Notes: a model not told the origin generated them from the letters alone. Positions 18,576-29,336 are shown, counted from the first letter of the stretch. The stretch is DNA of 64,000 nt from an uncultured Acidimicrobiia bacterium (GCA_963834375.1 CAWIBM010000001.1:453864-517863); one strand, 5' to 3'. Made by a program: numbers and translations.

Positions 18576-20256
18576 TCAACCGGCCAGCACGAAGCTCCGC
18601 ATCAGGTCGAGGCCGACCGGGCCGACCTCGAGCAACCTGCGGTGGAAGTCCTTCAGATCGAACTCGTCGCCCTCACGCCCGCGAAGCTCGTCGCGGACCC
18701 GCAGGATCTCCCGCTCACCCACCTTGTAGGCGATCGCCTGTGCCGGCCACCCCAGGTAGCGGGTGGTTTCCGACACCGCGTACGGGTGGTCCAGCGTGGC
18801 GTACCGCTCCAACAGCTCGACGGTGAGGTCGAAACCCCACGGTTCGCCGGGGTGGAAAGGCTGTCCCTCCGGGATCGGGTAGCCGAGGTGGTTCCCGAGG
18901 TCGGCGACCACCCGGCAGGCCCGCATCATCTGGCTCGCCAGGAAACCGAGCACGTAGTCAGGGCGATCGAGGTAGCCCAGCTCGTCCATGAGCCGCTCGG
19001 CGTAGAGGGCCCAGCCCTCACCGGTGCCGGGGTACCAGACACACATCCGGTGCAGACGGCTCATCCGGTCGCGCGAGCGACACCTGGGTCCCCACCTGGA
19101 GATGGTGGCCGGGGAAGCCCTCGTGGTAGACGGTGCTCACTTCGTCGTACAAGGGGTGGGGCTCATCCCCTTCGATGGCCCACCACACCGTCCCCGGCCG
19201 GGTGAAGTCCTCGCTGGGGCCCACGTAGTAAGCCCCCAGCGGCCCCCCCGGTGGTGCCAGCTTCACCTCGCAGCGGCGTATCGGCTCGGGCACCTCGAAG
19301 TGGGTGCCCGCCAGCTGCTCGAGCGCCTGCTCGGTCCGGGCTGAAAGGAACGCCACCAGGTCGGCGGGGGTGGCGGCGGAGCGGTCCGGGTCCGACTTGA
19401 GCACCTCGAGCGCCTCGTCGATCGAGCCGTCGGGCACGATCTCGGTGGCGACCTGCTCCATCCGGCCCCGGATGCGCTGCACCTCCTCCCAGCCCCATGC
19501 GTAGGTCTCGGTGAGGTCGAGATGGGTCCCCAGGTACCGGTACGCCTCGGCCCGATAGCGGTCGATGCCGACCGGGTCCGCCTCGGCGGCGTCGGGAGCA
19601 TAGGTGGCGGCGAGGTGATCGGCGAGGGCGGCATAGGCGGCTCGACTCGCTCCCACCGCCTCCTCGAGACGACGGCGCAGGGCGGCGTCGTCGATGCCGG
19701 CCCGGTCGTACTCGTCGAGCAGGGTGACGAACGACGACTGCTCGGAGGCGGTGGCCTCGGCCTGGCGGACCGCATCCTCGACCTGGCGGACGGCGACCAC
19801 GTCGCCGGCGGCCCGCCCGGCGTCGAGCGTCGCCGCGTACCCGGCAACGGGGCCCGGTAGACCCTCGAGCCTGGTGGCGATGTTCTCCCACCCGGCGGCC
19901 GTCTGTTTGTCCATGTGGTCGAAGACCTGACGCATGTTCTGCACCGGGCTCGAGATCGAGTTGAGATCCAACCGGGGCATCCCGGTGGCGTACCAGTCGA
20001 TCAGCATGTCGAGATGGTCGGCGGCCACGTCGATGGCGAGCCGGTCGAATGGCTGCGAGGCCGCGGGGAGTCGCCCCACCCTGTCCCGCATCTCCCGCAG
20101 CGCCGACTCGGCTGCGGCGGTCCCGTCGGGGGAGAGGTCGGGCCAGCGGTCGTCGTGACCGGCCACCCCGAGGTACGTCGCCTCGTCCGGCAGCAGCGAG
20201 CACAGCTCGTCGACGAGCACGTCGCTCAAGTCGTAGACGGGATGGACGTGGGTCAC
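18576..20256 (-). CDS. DUF885 family protein (putative metallopeptidase-like); one frame change near 19050-19080
   Basis: The N-terminal ~400 aa are in ORF 19018..20382, from the GTG at 20256 (VTHVHPVYDLSD...) through YHEGFPGHHLQ. The C-terminal 162 aa are in ORF 18576..19064 (GWALYAERLMDELGY...WPAQAIAYKVG). Confidence 0.8.
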
Positions 20257-20396
20257 TGGGCGGCTCCTCGAATTCGGGTGCGGGCGGCAGGCTACCGGTG
20301 GCGACACGGAGGGACGCCGGGGCGGACGCCGGCCTAGCCTGGCCGGATGGACGTCGACGGCTTCGGGACGGCGTGGTGGCACGAGGACGGCGCCTC

Positions 20397-20846
20397 TTGA
20401 GCGCCGCCGAGCTCCCCTTCGCCTTCTACGGCACGCTCCGGCCCGGAGGCGGGGCGCTCGAGCGGCTGGGCATAGCCGAACGGGTCGACCACCTGGGCCC
20501 GTGCCTGCTCCGCGGCGACCTCTATGCCGTCACCTGGTACCCGGGGCTGGTCGAGGGTGATCGGGTGGTCCGGGGCGATCTCTTCGACGTGCCCGACGAC
20601 CTGGTGCCGATGCTCGACGAGTTCGAGGGGTGGTTCCCCGACCGGCCCGAGCAGTCGGAGTACGTCCGGGTGGCCAGCCGGCTCCTCGACCCGGACGGCG
20701 AGGCGTGGGTGTACCGCTGGGGGGGCCCCGTCTCCAACGGTGTCCTCGTCCCACACGGCGACTGGCTCGAGCACACCGCGGGGAGCCCGTTGCCCGCCGA
20801 CCTGGAACGGCCTCACCTGCGGGCGGCCACGGGTGGCGTTTCGTGA
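20397..20846 (+). CDS. Gamma-glutamylcyclotransferase (GGCT/AIG2-like) family protein
   Basis: In-frame TTG at 20397 gives (M)SAAELPFAFYGTLRPGG...LYAVTWYPGLV...GDLFDV...LDEFEG. The start is uncertain; in-frame GTGs at 20373/20376 are also possible. Confidence 0.7.
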   Translation: MSAAELPFAFYGTLRPGGGALERLGIAERVDHLGPCLLRGDLYAVTWYPGLVEGDRVVRGDLFDVPDDLVPMLDEFEGWFPDRPEQSEYVRVASRLLDPDGEAWVYRWGGPVSNGVLVPHGDWLEHTAGSPLPADLERPHLRAATGGVS

Positions 20847-22036
20847 GGATCCTGGTCGCCGACAAGCTGCCCGACGCCCACGTCTCCGACCTGGGCCGCC
20901 GCCACCAGGTCACCGTGTGGGACCGGGGGACCGACATGGTCGAGGCGGTCGCCGGGCACGAGGTGCTCGTGGTCCGCTCCACGAAGGTCAAAGCCGAGAC
21001 GATCGATGCCGCCTCCGACCTCGCCCTGGTGATCCGGGCGGGGGCCGGGGTCAACACCATCGACTGGCGGGCCGCCGCCAACCGGGGCATCTATGTGTGC
21101 AACACCCCGGGGAAGAACGCCGTCGCCGTCGCCGAGCTGACGATGGGGTTGATCACCGCCATCGACCGGAGGATCCCGGACGCCGTCGCCGACCTCCGGT
21201 CGGGTCGGTGGCGCAAGAAGGAGTACGGCAAGGCGCACGGGCTGGCGGGTCGCACCCTGGGGATCATCGGGTTCGGTGACATCGGCACGGAGGTGGCCAT
21301 CCGGGCGGCCGCATTCGAGATGAGGCTGCTCGTCGAGGAGAGACCCGGCCGTTCGCCGCGACAGCTCGACCTCATCGAGCAGCTGGACATCGCCGTCGTC
21401 GACCGCCCCGACCTGCTGGCCATCGCCGACATCGTCACCCTCCACGTCCCCGCTACCACCGAGACCGTCGGCATGGTGTCCGCCGACTTCCTGTCACGGC
21501 TCCGTCCGCGCACGGTCCTGGTCAACACGTCGCGCGGCGATATCGTCGACGAGGACGCCCTGCTCGCCGCCATCGACGAGAAGGGCCTGTGGGTGGGGCT
21601 CGACGTCTTCGCCGACGAGCCCGCCGGCGGGACCGCCGAGTTCGACTCGGAGCTGGCCCGTCACCCGAACGTATACGCCACCCACCACATCGGTGCCTCG
21701 ACCGAGCAGTCGCAGGAGGCCATCGCCGACGAGGTCGTGGTGATCATCGACGACTTCGCCCGCGGTGTGGTGCGCAATTGCGTCAACCTGGCGAGCGACC
21801 CGCATGGCACGGTGGTGATCTCCGTGCGACACCACAACCGCGTCGGGGTGCTGGCGCGGGTCCTGGGCATCCTGCGCGGGGCCGGGCTCAACGTGCAGCA
21901 GATGAACAACCGGATCCTCGCCGGGCAGCTCGCCGCCACCGCCACCATCCACGTCTACGGCGAGCTCACCGACCAGACGGTGGCCGAGGTGCGGTCCTCC
22001 CAGGACGTCATCGGCGTCTCGGTGAGCAGCCCTTGA
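20843..22036 (+). CDS. D-isomer-specific 2-hydroxyacid dehydrogenase with a C-terminal ACT domain (SerA-like phosphoglycerate dehydrogenase)
   Basis: The GTG at 20843 overlaps the GGCT stop. VRILVADKL...GAGVNTIDWRAAANRGIYVCNTPG...GIIGFGDIGTEVA...LHVPATTET...NTSRGDIVDE...THHIGAST, then an ACT-like tail VVISVRHHNRVGVLARVLGILRGAGLNVQQM. Confidence 0.8.
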   Translation: MRILVADKLPDAHVSDLGRRHQVTVWDRGTDMVEAVAGHEVLVVRSTKVKAETIDAASDLALVIRAGAGVNTIDWRAAANRGIYVCNTPGKNAVAVAELTMGLITAIDRRIPDAVADLRSGRWRKKEYGKAHGLAGRTLGIIGFGDIGTEVAIRAAAFEMRLLVEERPGRSPRQLDLIEQLDIAVVDRPDLLAIADIVTLHVPATTETVGMVSADFLSRLRPRTVLVNTSRGDIVDEDALLAAIDEKGLWVGLDVFADEPAGGTAEFDSELARHPNVYATHHIGASTEQSQEAIADEVVVIIDDFARGVVRNCVNLASDPHGTVVISVRHHNRVGVLARVLGILRGAGLNVQQMNNRILAGQLAATATIHVYGELTDQTVAEVRSSQDVIGVSVSSP

Positions 22037-23256
22037 CCCTGATCCGGCCGATACCGGCGTGCCTCCCCTCGCCGGACCTCGCCGCCGACGTCGCCACGCC
22101 CCCGCTCGGCGGGCTCACCGTGTCCGACTGGCTCTCCATGCTCGAGGGGAACCCGAACAGCTTCGTCCACGTCATCAGGGCCGGCGTCGACACCCCCGAG
22201 GGAGGGCCCGACGACGTCGCCGCCTCCGCCTCGGGGAGACGCCGGCTCGACGAGATGATCGCCACCGGCGTGGTGAGCGGGCCGCAGGAGCCCGCCTTCT
22301 ACGTGTACCAGATCGAGAGCCGTGGCGTGAGCGCCGCCGCGGTGGTGGGCGAGGTGAGCGTGGATGCGTACGGTGACGGCCGGATCAGGCGCCACGAGGA
22401 GACCCGCACCCCGACCGAGGACCTCCTCGCCAGGCACCTGGTCACGGTTGGTGCCCACACCGACCCGGTGTCCCTCACGTATCACGCCGATCGGGAGATC
22501 GACCGCCTGCTCGGCGAGGTCAGGGAGTCGGTCCCGGTGCTCGACTTCGTCACCGGCGACGGGACCCGGCAGCGGGTGTGGCGGGTCGACGCGGCCCGTC
22601 AGGGCGCGCTCCAGGACCGGCTCGACCGGGTGGGGACTCTCTACATCACCGACGGTCACCACCGGCTGGCCGCCGCCGCCCGGTACGCCCTATGGCGCCA
22701 GGCGGAAGGCGCCGAGTCCGGGCCCGATCCGAGCCACAGTTACGTCCTCGCCGCCCTGTTCTCCGACGCCGACCTCAGCGTCTTCGAGTTCAACCGCTGC
22801 GTCGCCGGTGTCGTGGAGGGCGCCGGTGGCGCTCGTGGAGCGGCTGCGCCCGACCCTGACGGTCGGCGACCTCGATCCCTACGCCGACCCGAGACCGGAG
22901 CGGCGCGGGTCGATCGGGATGATCGGCGCCGGGCGGCAGTGGACGATCGCCATCCCGGCCTCGCTGATCCCCGAGGACACCTACGGGGCACTCGACGTGG
23001 TTCTCCTCCAGGACCTGGTCCTCGGCCCTCACCTGGGGATAGCCGACCCCGCGCACCGACCCTCGCCTCCGCTACATCACCGGCCCGGCCGTCCCCGATC
23101 CCAGGGCGCATGGCTGCGACGTCTGCTTCCTCCTGTACCCCACCGAGGTGGCCGACGTGCTCGACGTCGCCGACGCCGGCGCTGGTGATGCCTCCGAAGT
23201 CGACCTGGTTCGAGCCCAAGGTGTGGGGCGGCGTGTTCATTCGCCTCCTCGACTGA
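22033..23256 (+). pseudogene. DUF1015 family protein; at least 3 frame changes as assembled
   Basis: The TTG at 22033 overlaps the SerA-like stop. LIRPIPACLPSPDLAADVATPP...FYVYQIE...RRHEETRTPTEDLLARHL...LYITDGHHRLAAA...LAALFSDADLSVFEFNR. The text then continues in other frames (VALVERLRP..., LRYITG..., MPPKSTWFEPKVWGGVFIRLLD), with shifts near 22810, 23060 and 23180. Confidence 0.7.
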
Positions 23257-23324
23257 GCAGGGGTGGACGTCTCGCCTCGGGAGCGCGATAACGTTGGTGC
23301 GTCGCCCCCGTCTGGAGCCTCCGG

Positions 23325-23936
23325 TTGGCCATCGACATCGCCGGGTTCATCACCTACCTCAAGGACCATGCCGTCGAGCACGGGTTCCACGTGCATGACG
23401 AGCGGCACTTCATCGAGACCTACTCGCTGCGCCAGTCCTGGGAGGTCGACCTCCATCCGGAGTCGGCGTGCAACGGCCCGCTCGACCTGAACCTCGCCTT
23501 CGATGTCGAGCCTCGGGTGCTGCTCGACCTCGAGGACAAGGTCGACGAGATGCACGACGAGTTCGAGGAGCCGGAAGGTGACTACATGCTGCCGCTGTCG
23601 TTCAACTGGGCGCTGCCCCCTCTGGGCAACCCGCCGGACCTCATCATCCTCGGCGCCGAGCTGGCCGGCGTGGCCGGATCGGAGATCCCCATCGACGTGT
23701 CGGCGGTCGACTCCATCGGGGCCCTGGAGTCGGAGGCACAGCGGCGTCTCAGCCTGGTCGGCCGCACCCAGGTCAACCTGGTGGACGTGATGATGGGCCG
23801 AGACTCGATGTGCGACATGCTCGACCGCTGCCGGGACGTATCCGAGTACCTGGTCGAGCAGGCCGACAGTTGGGATGTGCTCCCCGATCCGGAGGGGACC
23901 GAGCCGGGCGGTGACCCCGACGGGCTCACGCCCTGA
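23325..23936 (+). CDS. Hypothetical acidic protein
   Basis: 203-aa intact ORF with normal GC3-rich codon usage. I recognise no motif. Its 3' end overlaps the convergent gene by 11 nt. Confidence 0.45.
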   Translation: MAIDIAGFITYLKDHAVEHGFHVHDERHFIETYSLRQSWEVDLHPESACNGPLDLNLAFDVEPRVLLDLEDKVDEMHDEFEEPEGDYMLPLSFNWALPPLGNPPDLIILGAELAGVAGSEIPIDVSAVDSIGALESEAQRRLSLVGRTQVNLVDVMMGRDSMCDMLDRCRDVSEYLVEQADSWDVLPDPEGTEPGGDPDGLTP

Positions 23937-24636
23937 TGGCGAGGGCGCGCAGGCGCCGGTACATCGGCAGGCAGCGGTCGAGCAGCGGATGTGGGAGGGA
24001 GTCATCGTCGGGCCGCGGCGGGCCGAACCCGGTGGAACGGTGCGCCGAGCCGTACCAGTGCCCGGCCCACACGCCGTCCTCGGGCTTCGCGCCGGCGGGC
24101 CAGTGGAGCATGGCGTCGGTGTAGGGGATGTCCAGGCGCCCGCACAGCTCGGCGAGGACGGCGGGCGGGTCCTGCAGCACCTCGGCGGCGTCGAGCACGA
24201 CCGGGTCGTCGCCCGCCGCCTCGATCCGGTCGAGGATCGCCATCTGCATCGGAAGCCCGGTGGCTTCCACACCCGCATCCGGGACATTGGCCTGCAGGGA
24301 CGGGAGCACGCCGGCCGGGTGGCGGGTGAGGAGAACGTTGGCGAGCGTGTCGAGGAACCCGAGGTCGAGGTCGACGAGGTGGTGTGCCATGTTCTTGGTG
24401 AACCTGATCGGCCGGTCACCGTCTGCGGCGAACACGGTGTCGATCACCCGCCGCGGGTCGGTCTCCATCGCCTCGAGCACGTCGTTCCTTCCCGGGTGGT
24501 CCAGCCCGGTGTGCGCCAGGTAGTAGCCGTACAGCGGCTCGTCGACCACCTCGGTGTCCGGTCGCTGACGGAACGAGTACATGAGCGCCGTCGACAGGTT
24601 CCGCGGTCCCGACCACATCGCCAGGTGTTTCTTCAC
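23926..24636 (-). CDS. Sulfotransferase-like P-loop protein (family often found next to, or fused with, class IV aminotransferase-like proteins)
   Basis: 236-aa intact ORF. N-terminus WSGPRNLSTALMYSF resembles a PAPS-binding loop. The family assignment is from memory and needs an HMM check. The GTG start overlaps the upstream stop (GTGA). Confidence 0.45.
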   Translation of the reverse strand: MKKHLAMWSGPRNLSTALMYSFRQRPDTEVVDEPLYGYYLAHTGLDHPGRNDVLEAMETDPRRVIDTVFAADGDRPIRFTKNMAHHLVDLDLGFLDTLANVLLTRHPAGVLPSLQANVPDAGVEATGLPMQMAILDRIEAAGDDPVVLDAAEVLQDPPAVLAELCGRLDIPYTDAMLHWPAGAKPEDGVWAGHWYGSAHRSTGFGPPRPDDDSLPHPLLDRCLPMYRRLRALAIRA

Positions 24637-25553
24637 CGGCTTGGTCCGGAGGCCCGGTCGAGTGCCGCCCGGTAGAGATCGATCAGTCGCCCGGTGACCG
24701 GGCCGGGGACCGAGCCGTCACCGATGGCGACGCCGTCGATCGTGTTGACCGGGGTGATCCCGCCGAACGTTCCGGTGATGAAGGCCTCGTCCGCCCGTTG
24801 GGCCCCGGCGAGTGTGAAGTCGAGCTGGCGGGCGACGATGCCCTCGGCGTCGCACAGCTCGATGACCAGGCCTCGGGTGATCCCGTTGAGGCAGTGCATC
24901 CCCGTGGATGTCCACACCTCGTCGCCGGCGACGACGAAGAAGTTGGTCGAGTTGCAGGTGGCGACGAAGCCGTTGGTGTCGAGCATCAGGGCCTCGTCCG
25001 CTCCGGCTTCGGTCGCCTCGATGAGGGCGACGACCTCGTGGAGCTTGCTGTGGCTGTTGAGCCGCTGATCGAGGGTGTCAGGCGGTGGGCGGCGGACCGA
25101 AGACGTGTGCAGGCGCACCCCGACGGCGACGACGGAGGGGTCTGCGATCTTGTGCTCGGCGACGATCACCAACGTGGGGCCCCCGACCCCCAGATCGGGA
25201 TGCTGCGCCGGGGTGCTCTTGCTGCCCCGGGTCACCATCACCCGGACGTGAACGTCCGTGGTCATGCCGTTGGCGGCGGTGGTACGGCTGATGGCGGCGG
25301 CGAGATCCTCCCTGGTCATGCCGAGCTCGAGCCTGGTGGCGGCGGCTCCGGCCCACAGCCGGTCGAGGTGACGGTCGAGATGGAGCAGCGTCCCATGATG
25401 CAGCCTGATCCCCTCCCATATCCCGTCGCCGACCAGGAACCCGGAGTCGAACACCGACACCGTCGCCTGGTCCCGGGGGACCAGGCGACCGTTCACCGAG
25501 ACGAGCACATCGCGGTTGCGTGCGTCTGGCAACGCCTGGTGGGTCGTCGGCAT
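24633..25553 (-). CDS. Class IV (branched-chain / D-amino-acid) aminotransferase family protein
   Basis: ATG at 25553 inside track ORF 24633..25907. MPTTHQALPDARNRDVLVSVNGRLVPRDQATVSVFDSGFLVGDGIWEGIRLHHG...HVRVMVTRG...DQRLNSHSKLH...EALMLD..GFVATCNSTNFF...GITRG. Confidence 0.85.
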   Translation of the reverse strand: MPTTHQALPDARNRDVLVSVNGRLVPRDQATVSVFDSGFLVGDGIWEGIRLHHGTLLHLDRHLDRLWAGAAATRLELGMTREDLAAAISRTTAANGMTTDVHVRVMVTRGSKSTPAQHPDLGVGGPTLVIVAEHKIADPSVVAVGVRLHTSSVRRPPPDTLDQRLNSHSKLHEVVALIEATEAGADEALMLDTNGFVATCNSTNFFVVAGDEVWTSTGMHCLNGITRGLVIELCDAEGIVARQLDFTLAGAQRADEAFITGTFGGITPVNTIDGVAIGDGSVPGPVTGRLIDLYRAALDRASGPSR

Positions 25554-25561
25554 CCAAGCAG

Positions 25562-26510
25562 TCAGATCGACGTGATCGAGACCGGAACGGCGTGGCAGGC
25601 GGCGGCTCGGACGGCGTCGGCGGGGAGGATGGCAGGATCCTCTCCCCTGCACCTGTCGGCGAGGTGGTCGACGGTCCCCGATTGGAGCAGCGGGCAGCGC
25701 GGGTGGAACCGGCACCCGGTGGGGACGCGACGGGGGTCGGGGATCTCCCCGGTGAGGATCTGCGGGGTGAGCTCGGTGGCCTCGGGGACCACCGACAGCA
25801 GCGCCCGGGTGTACGGGTGCTTGGGGTCGGTGAGCAGCTCCTCGGTGGTGCCGACCTCGACGATGCGGCCCAGATACATCACCGCCACCCGGTCGGCGAT
25901 GTTCCACGCCAGCCCGAGGTCGTGGGTGACACAGAGCACCGCCAGCCCGGTGCGGTCGACCAGGTCGCGCAGCAGGGCCAGGATCTCGCCCCGGATGGAG
26001 GCGTCCAGGCTGGCCACCGGCTCGTCGGCGAGCAGCAGCCTGGGGGTGGTGATCATCGCCCCGGCGATCACCACCCTCTGCCGCTGACCGCCCGACAGCT
26101 GGTGGGGATACAGGGCGACGAACCGGCTCGGGGGGCGCAGCCCGGACATGGCCAGTGCCTGGTCGACCCTGGCCGCCTCGTCGGGGGCCCGGCCCTTGAT
26201 CTGGATGCCCTCGGCCACCGACTCGTAGACGGTGCGGCGCGGGTTGAGGGCGCCGGTCGGGTCCTGGAACACCATCTGGATGTCGTCCCGATGGGCGCCG
26301 GTGGCCACCTCCCCGTTGACCTCGATGGACCCGGACTGGAACGGCTGCAGGCCTTGGATGGTGCGGATCAAGGTCGTCTTGCCCGAGCCGGACTCTCCCA
26401 CGAGGGCGACCACCTCGCCGGGAAAGACCCGCAGCGACACCCCGTCGAGCACCCGGGCGGTGCCGAAGCTGACCTGGATGTCGCCCACCTCGACGTACGG
26501 TGCGCTCATG
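25562..26510 (-). CDS. Peptide/nickel-type ABC transporter ATP-binding protein (OppF/DppF-like)
   Basis: ATG at 26510. MSAPYVEVGDIQVSF...GESGSGKTTL...[12 protein letters not shown]...LLLADEPVASLD...HPYTRALLS...GCRFHPRCP. Confidence 0.9.
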
Positions 26511-27490
26511 GCCCCTTCACCAGCACGCAGGCGGCGGTCCGCTCGGGCCCGGCCGGGTACAGGTCGGGGTCGATGCGGTGGCATCGGTTCTCGACCAGGG
26601 ACAGCGGGGTTGAAGGTGCACCCGGAGGGCAGGTCGGCCGGGTCGGGCGGGTCGCCCTCGAGCCCGCTGGGTCGCATCCGGTACGACTCGTCGCCGATGA
26701 TGGGGAAGGCGGCCGCCAGGGCTCGCGTGTACGGATGCTTGGCGTTGAAGAAGACCTCCTCGGCCGGGCCCTCCTCGACCACCCGCCCGGCGTACATCAC
26801 CGCCAGCCGGTCGCAGACCGCGGTGAGCACCGAGAGGTCGTGGGTGATGAACAGCATGGTCAGCCCCCGCTCGGCGCGCAGCTGGGCCAGCAGGGCGAGC
26901 ACCTGGGCCTGGACCATCAGGTCGAGGGCGGTGGTCGGCTCGTCGGCGACCAGCAGCAGCGGCTCGCAGGCCAGCGCCATGGCGATGAGCACCCGTTGGC
27001 GCTGGCCACCGGACAGCTCGTGGGCGTAGTCGTCTGCCCGACGGGCCGGAATCCCCACCTGCTCGAGCAGGTCGGCGACCCGCTTCCTTGCCGCCTTCTC
27101 CGTCGGCTCGGTGCCGTGGAGCAGGATGGGCTCGGCAATCTGGCGGCCGATCCGCTGCACCGGGTTGAGGGCGTGGAGCGCCCCCTGGAAGATGATCGCC
27201 GCCTTGGTCCAGCGCACCGCCCGCAGCTCGCCGGGCCGCATGGTGAGCACGTCCTTGCCGTCGAGGAGGATCTCGCCCTCGTACCTGGTGCCGGCGGGGA
27301 GCAGGCGGAGGATGGCGCTGGCCAGCGTGGTCTTGCCGCAGCCCGACTCGCCGGCCAGCCCCAGCGAGGTGCCGGCGGGCACGTCGAAGCTGACCCCGCG
27401 CACCGCCGGGACCGGTTGCGTCTCCGCCTGGTAGGTGATGTGCACGTCGCGCAGCGACAGGAGCGGCGCCGGTGCCGGGGCGGGGAGCAT
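26507..27490 (-). CDS. Peptide/nickel-type ABC transporter ATP-binding protein (OppD/DppD-like); the 3' end is frame-disturbed, so it reads through into the next gene
   Basis: ATG at 27490 (ATGA overlap with the permease stop). GESGCGKTTL...[12 protein letters not shown]...LLVADEPTTALD...HPYTRAL...SGCTFNP. The expected tail RCP-LVENRCHRIDPDLYPAGPERTAACVLVKGP-stop (TGA at 26507, overlapping the next ATG) is visible only after two 1-nt corrections near 26600-26615. Confidence 0.85.
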
Positions 27491-28398
27491 CAGGCCCGCT
27501 CCAACTTGGGGTTGGCCATCTCCTCGAGCCGCTGGCCGATCAGGGTGAAGGCGAGCACTACCAGGACGATGCCGAGCCCGGCCGGCACGTAGTACCACCA
27601 CGCCCCTCGGGTGATGGCGCCGTTGACGAACGCGTCCTCCAGGGTCTTGCCCCACGAGGGCCGCAGCGGGTCGCCCAGCCCGAGGAAGGCGAGGGTGGTC
27701 TCCGTGAGGATCGACACCGGGACGGCGAGCGTGGTGTTGGCCACGATCAACCCGGACACGTTGGGGAGGATGTGGGTGCCGACGATGTGACGGTCGGAGG
27801 CGCCCAGCGACCGGGCCCGGTAGACGAAGGCCCGTTGCTTCACGGTGAGCACCTGGGCTCGCACCAACCGGGCGGTCGACGGCCACGAGGTGATCCCGAT
27901 CACGAAGATCATGTTCCACACCGATCTCCCCAGGATCGAGGCGAGCACGATGGCCAGCGGCAGGAACGGGATCACCAGGAACCACTCGGTGACCCTCATC
28001 AGGCCGGCGTCGAGGCGTCCTCCCGCGTAGCCGGCGACGATGCCCACGATCGAGCCGATCAGGATGGTGAGCACGCTGGCGGCCAGGCCGACGAACAGGC
28101 TGACCCGGGAGCCCCACACGAACTGGGCCCAAACGTCGCGTCGCAGGTAGTCGGTGCCCAGCGGCGGGAACTCCGACGGCGGGGCCCACTGGGGGTTCCC
28201 GGCGGCCCGGGAGGCGACCGCACTGAGCCCTTCCACCGGGGCCAGCAGCGGGGCGAACACCGCCATCAGCACGAACACTGCCAGGGTCAGCAGCCCGATC
28301 CGGGCCGGGGTCGACGCCCACAGCGTGCGGAAGGCGCGGCGGAGGGCGGCGCGGCCCCGGCGCAACGCACTCGGATGGGCGTCGGCGACGGCGGTCAT
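27490..28398 (-). CDS. Peptide-type ABC transporter permease (OppC/DppC-like)
   Basis: ATG at 28398 (MTAVADAHPS...) inside track ORF 27490..28554. Contains GTDYLRRDVWAQ and the EAA-type loop SWPSTARLVRAQVLTVKQRAFVYRARSLGAS. Confidence 0.9.
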   Translation of the reverse strand: MTAVADAHPSALRRGRAALRRAFRTLWASTPARIGLLTLAVFVLMAVFAPLLAPVEGLSAVASRAAGNPQWAPPSEFPPLGTDYLRRDVWAQFVWGSRVSLFVGLAASVLTILIGSIVGIVAGYAGGRLDAGLMRVTEWFLVIPFLPLAIVLASILGRSVWNMIFVIGITSWPSTARLVRAQVLTVKQRAFVYRARSLGASDRHIVGTHILPNVSGLIVANTTLAVPVSILTETTLAFLGLGDPLRPSWGKTLEDAFVNGAITRGAWWYYVPAGLGIVLVVLAFTLIGQRLEEMANPKLERA

Positions 28399-29336
28399 GT
28401 CTCCCCCACCCTCGGATCCAGCCAGCCGTACGTGAGGTCGGCGATCAGGTTGAACACGATGACCGCGGCGCTGAACACCAGGAACAGCCCTTGCAGCATG
28501 GGGAGGTCGGGGCCACGGATGGCGTCGGCGGTCGCCAACCCGAGCCCCGGCCACGAGTAGAGCGCCTCGACGGCTATGGACCCCGACAGGACGAAGCCGA
28601 AGTTGATGGCGGTCAGGGTCACCACGGGGAGCAGGGCGTTGGGCACGGCGTGCCGGTTGCGCACCTTGATCTCCCGAAGCCCTTTCGCCCGGGCGACGCC
28701 GAGGTAGTCCTCGCTCATCACCTCGAGCAGCGAGCTGCGGGCGATGATGGCATATTCACCCAGGTAGGCGAGGGTGAGGGTGGCGGCCGGGAGGACGAGG
28801 TGATGGAGGGTCTGCACCACGCGCTCCCAGCCCTGCGGATCGGTGCCCGGATCGACCACCCCGCCGATGGGGAACCATCCCAACGACACGGCGAAGACCG
28901 ACATCAGCAGCATGCCCAGCCAGAAGTCGGGCATCGAGTACAGCACCATCGTCGACGAGGTCAGCGTGTAGTCGGCGGCGGTGCGCCGCCGCCACGCCGC
29001 CACGATCCCGGCGACGGTGCCGATCACCGCCGAGAGCACCGCCGACGTGCCCACCAGGATCACCGTGTTGGGGATGGCCTCGCTGATCTCCTGCCATACC
29101 GCTCGCTGGCTCTGGTAGGAGACCCCGAGGTTGAGCTGCGCAGTCTCCCGCAGGTACAGCACGAACTGCTCGGACGTCGACTTGTCCAGGCCGAATTCCC
29201 GTTCCAGCTCGGCCCTGGTCTCGTCCGAGATGTTGCGCCCCCGGAACAGGGTGGCGACCGGGTCCGACTGGACCACCCGGAAGAGGAAGAAGTTGAAGGC
29301 GACGACGAACAACAGGGTCAGCAGCGACCCCAGCAC
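28395..29336 (-). CDS. Peptide-type ABC transporter permease (OppB/DppB-like)
   Basis: 313-aa ORF from the GTG at 29336. The true start may lie a few codons upstream, where there is no canonical start codon in frame. Contains ...SYQSQRAVW...VARAKGLREIKVRNRHAVPNALLPVVT. Confidence 0.85.
   Translation of the reverse strand: MLGSLLTLLFVVAFNFFLFRVVQSDPVATLFRGRNISDETRAELEREFGLDKSTSEQFVLYLRETAQLNLGVSYQSQRAVWQEISEAIPNTVILVGTSAVLSAVIGTVAGIVAAWRRRTAADYTLTSSTMVLYSMPDFWLGMLLMSVFAVSLGWFPIGGVVDPGTDPQGWERVVQTLHHLVLPAATLTLAYLGEYAIIARSSLLEVMSEDYLGVARAKGLREIKVRNRHAVPNALLPVVTLTAINFGFVLSGSIAVEALYSWPGLGLATADAIRGPDLPMLQGLFLVFSAAVIVFNLIADLTYGWLDPRVGET

Noticed and set aside
25562-28321. A 919-aa ORF that could be taken for a single giant protein.
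   Set aside because: Its N-terminal third is an out-of-frame read through the OppC-like permease gene. The remainder is two separate ATPases (each with its own ATG and Walker motifs), joined only by local frame errors at about 26600.
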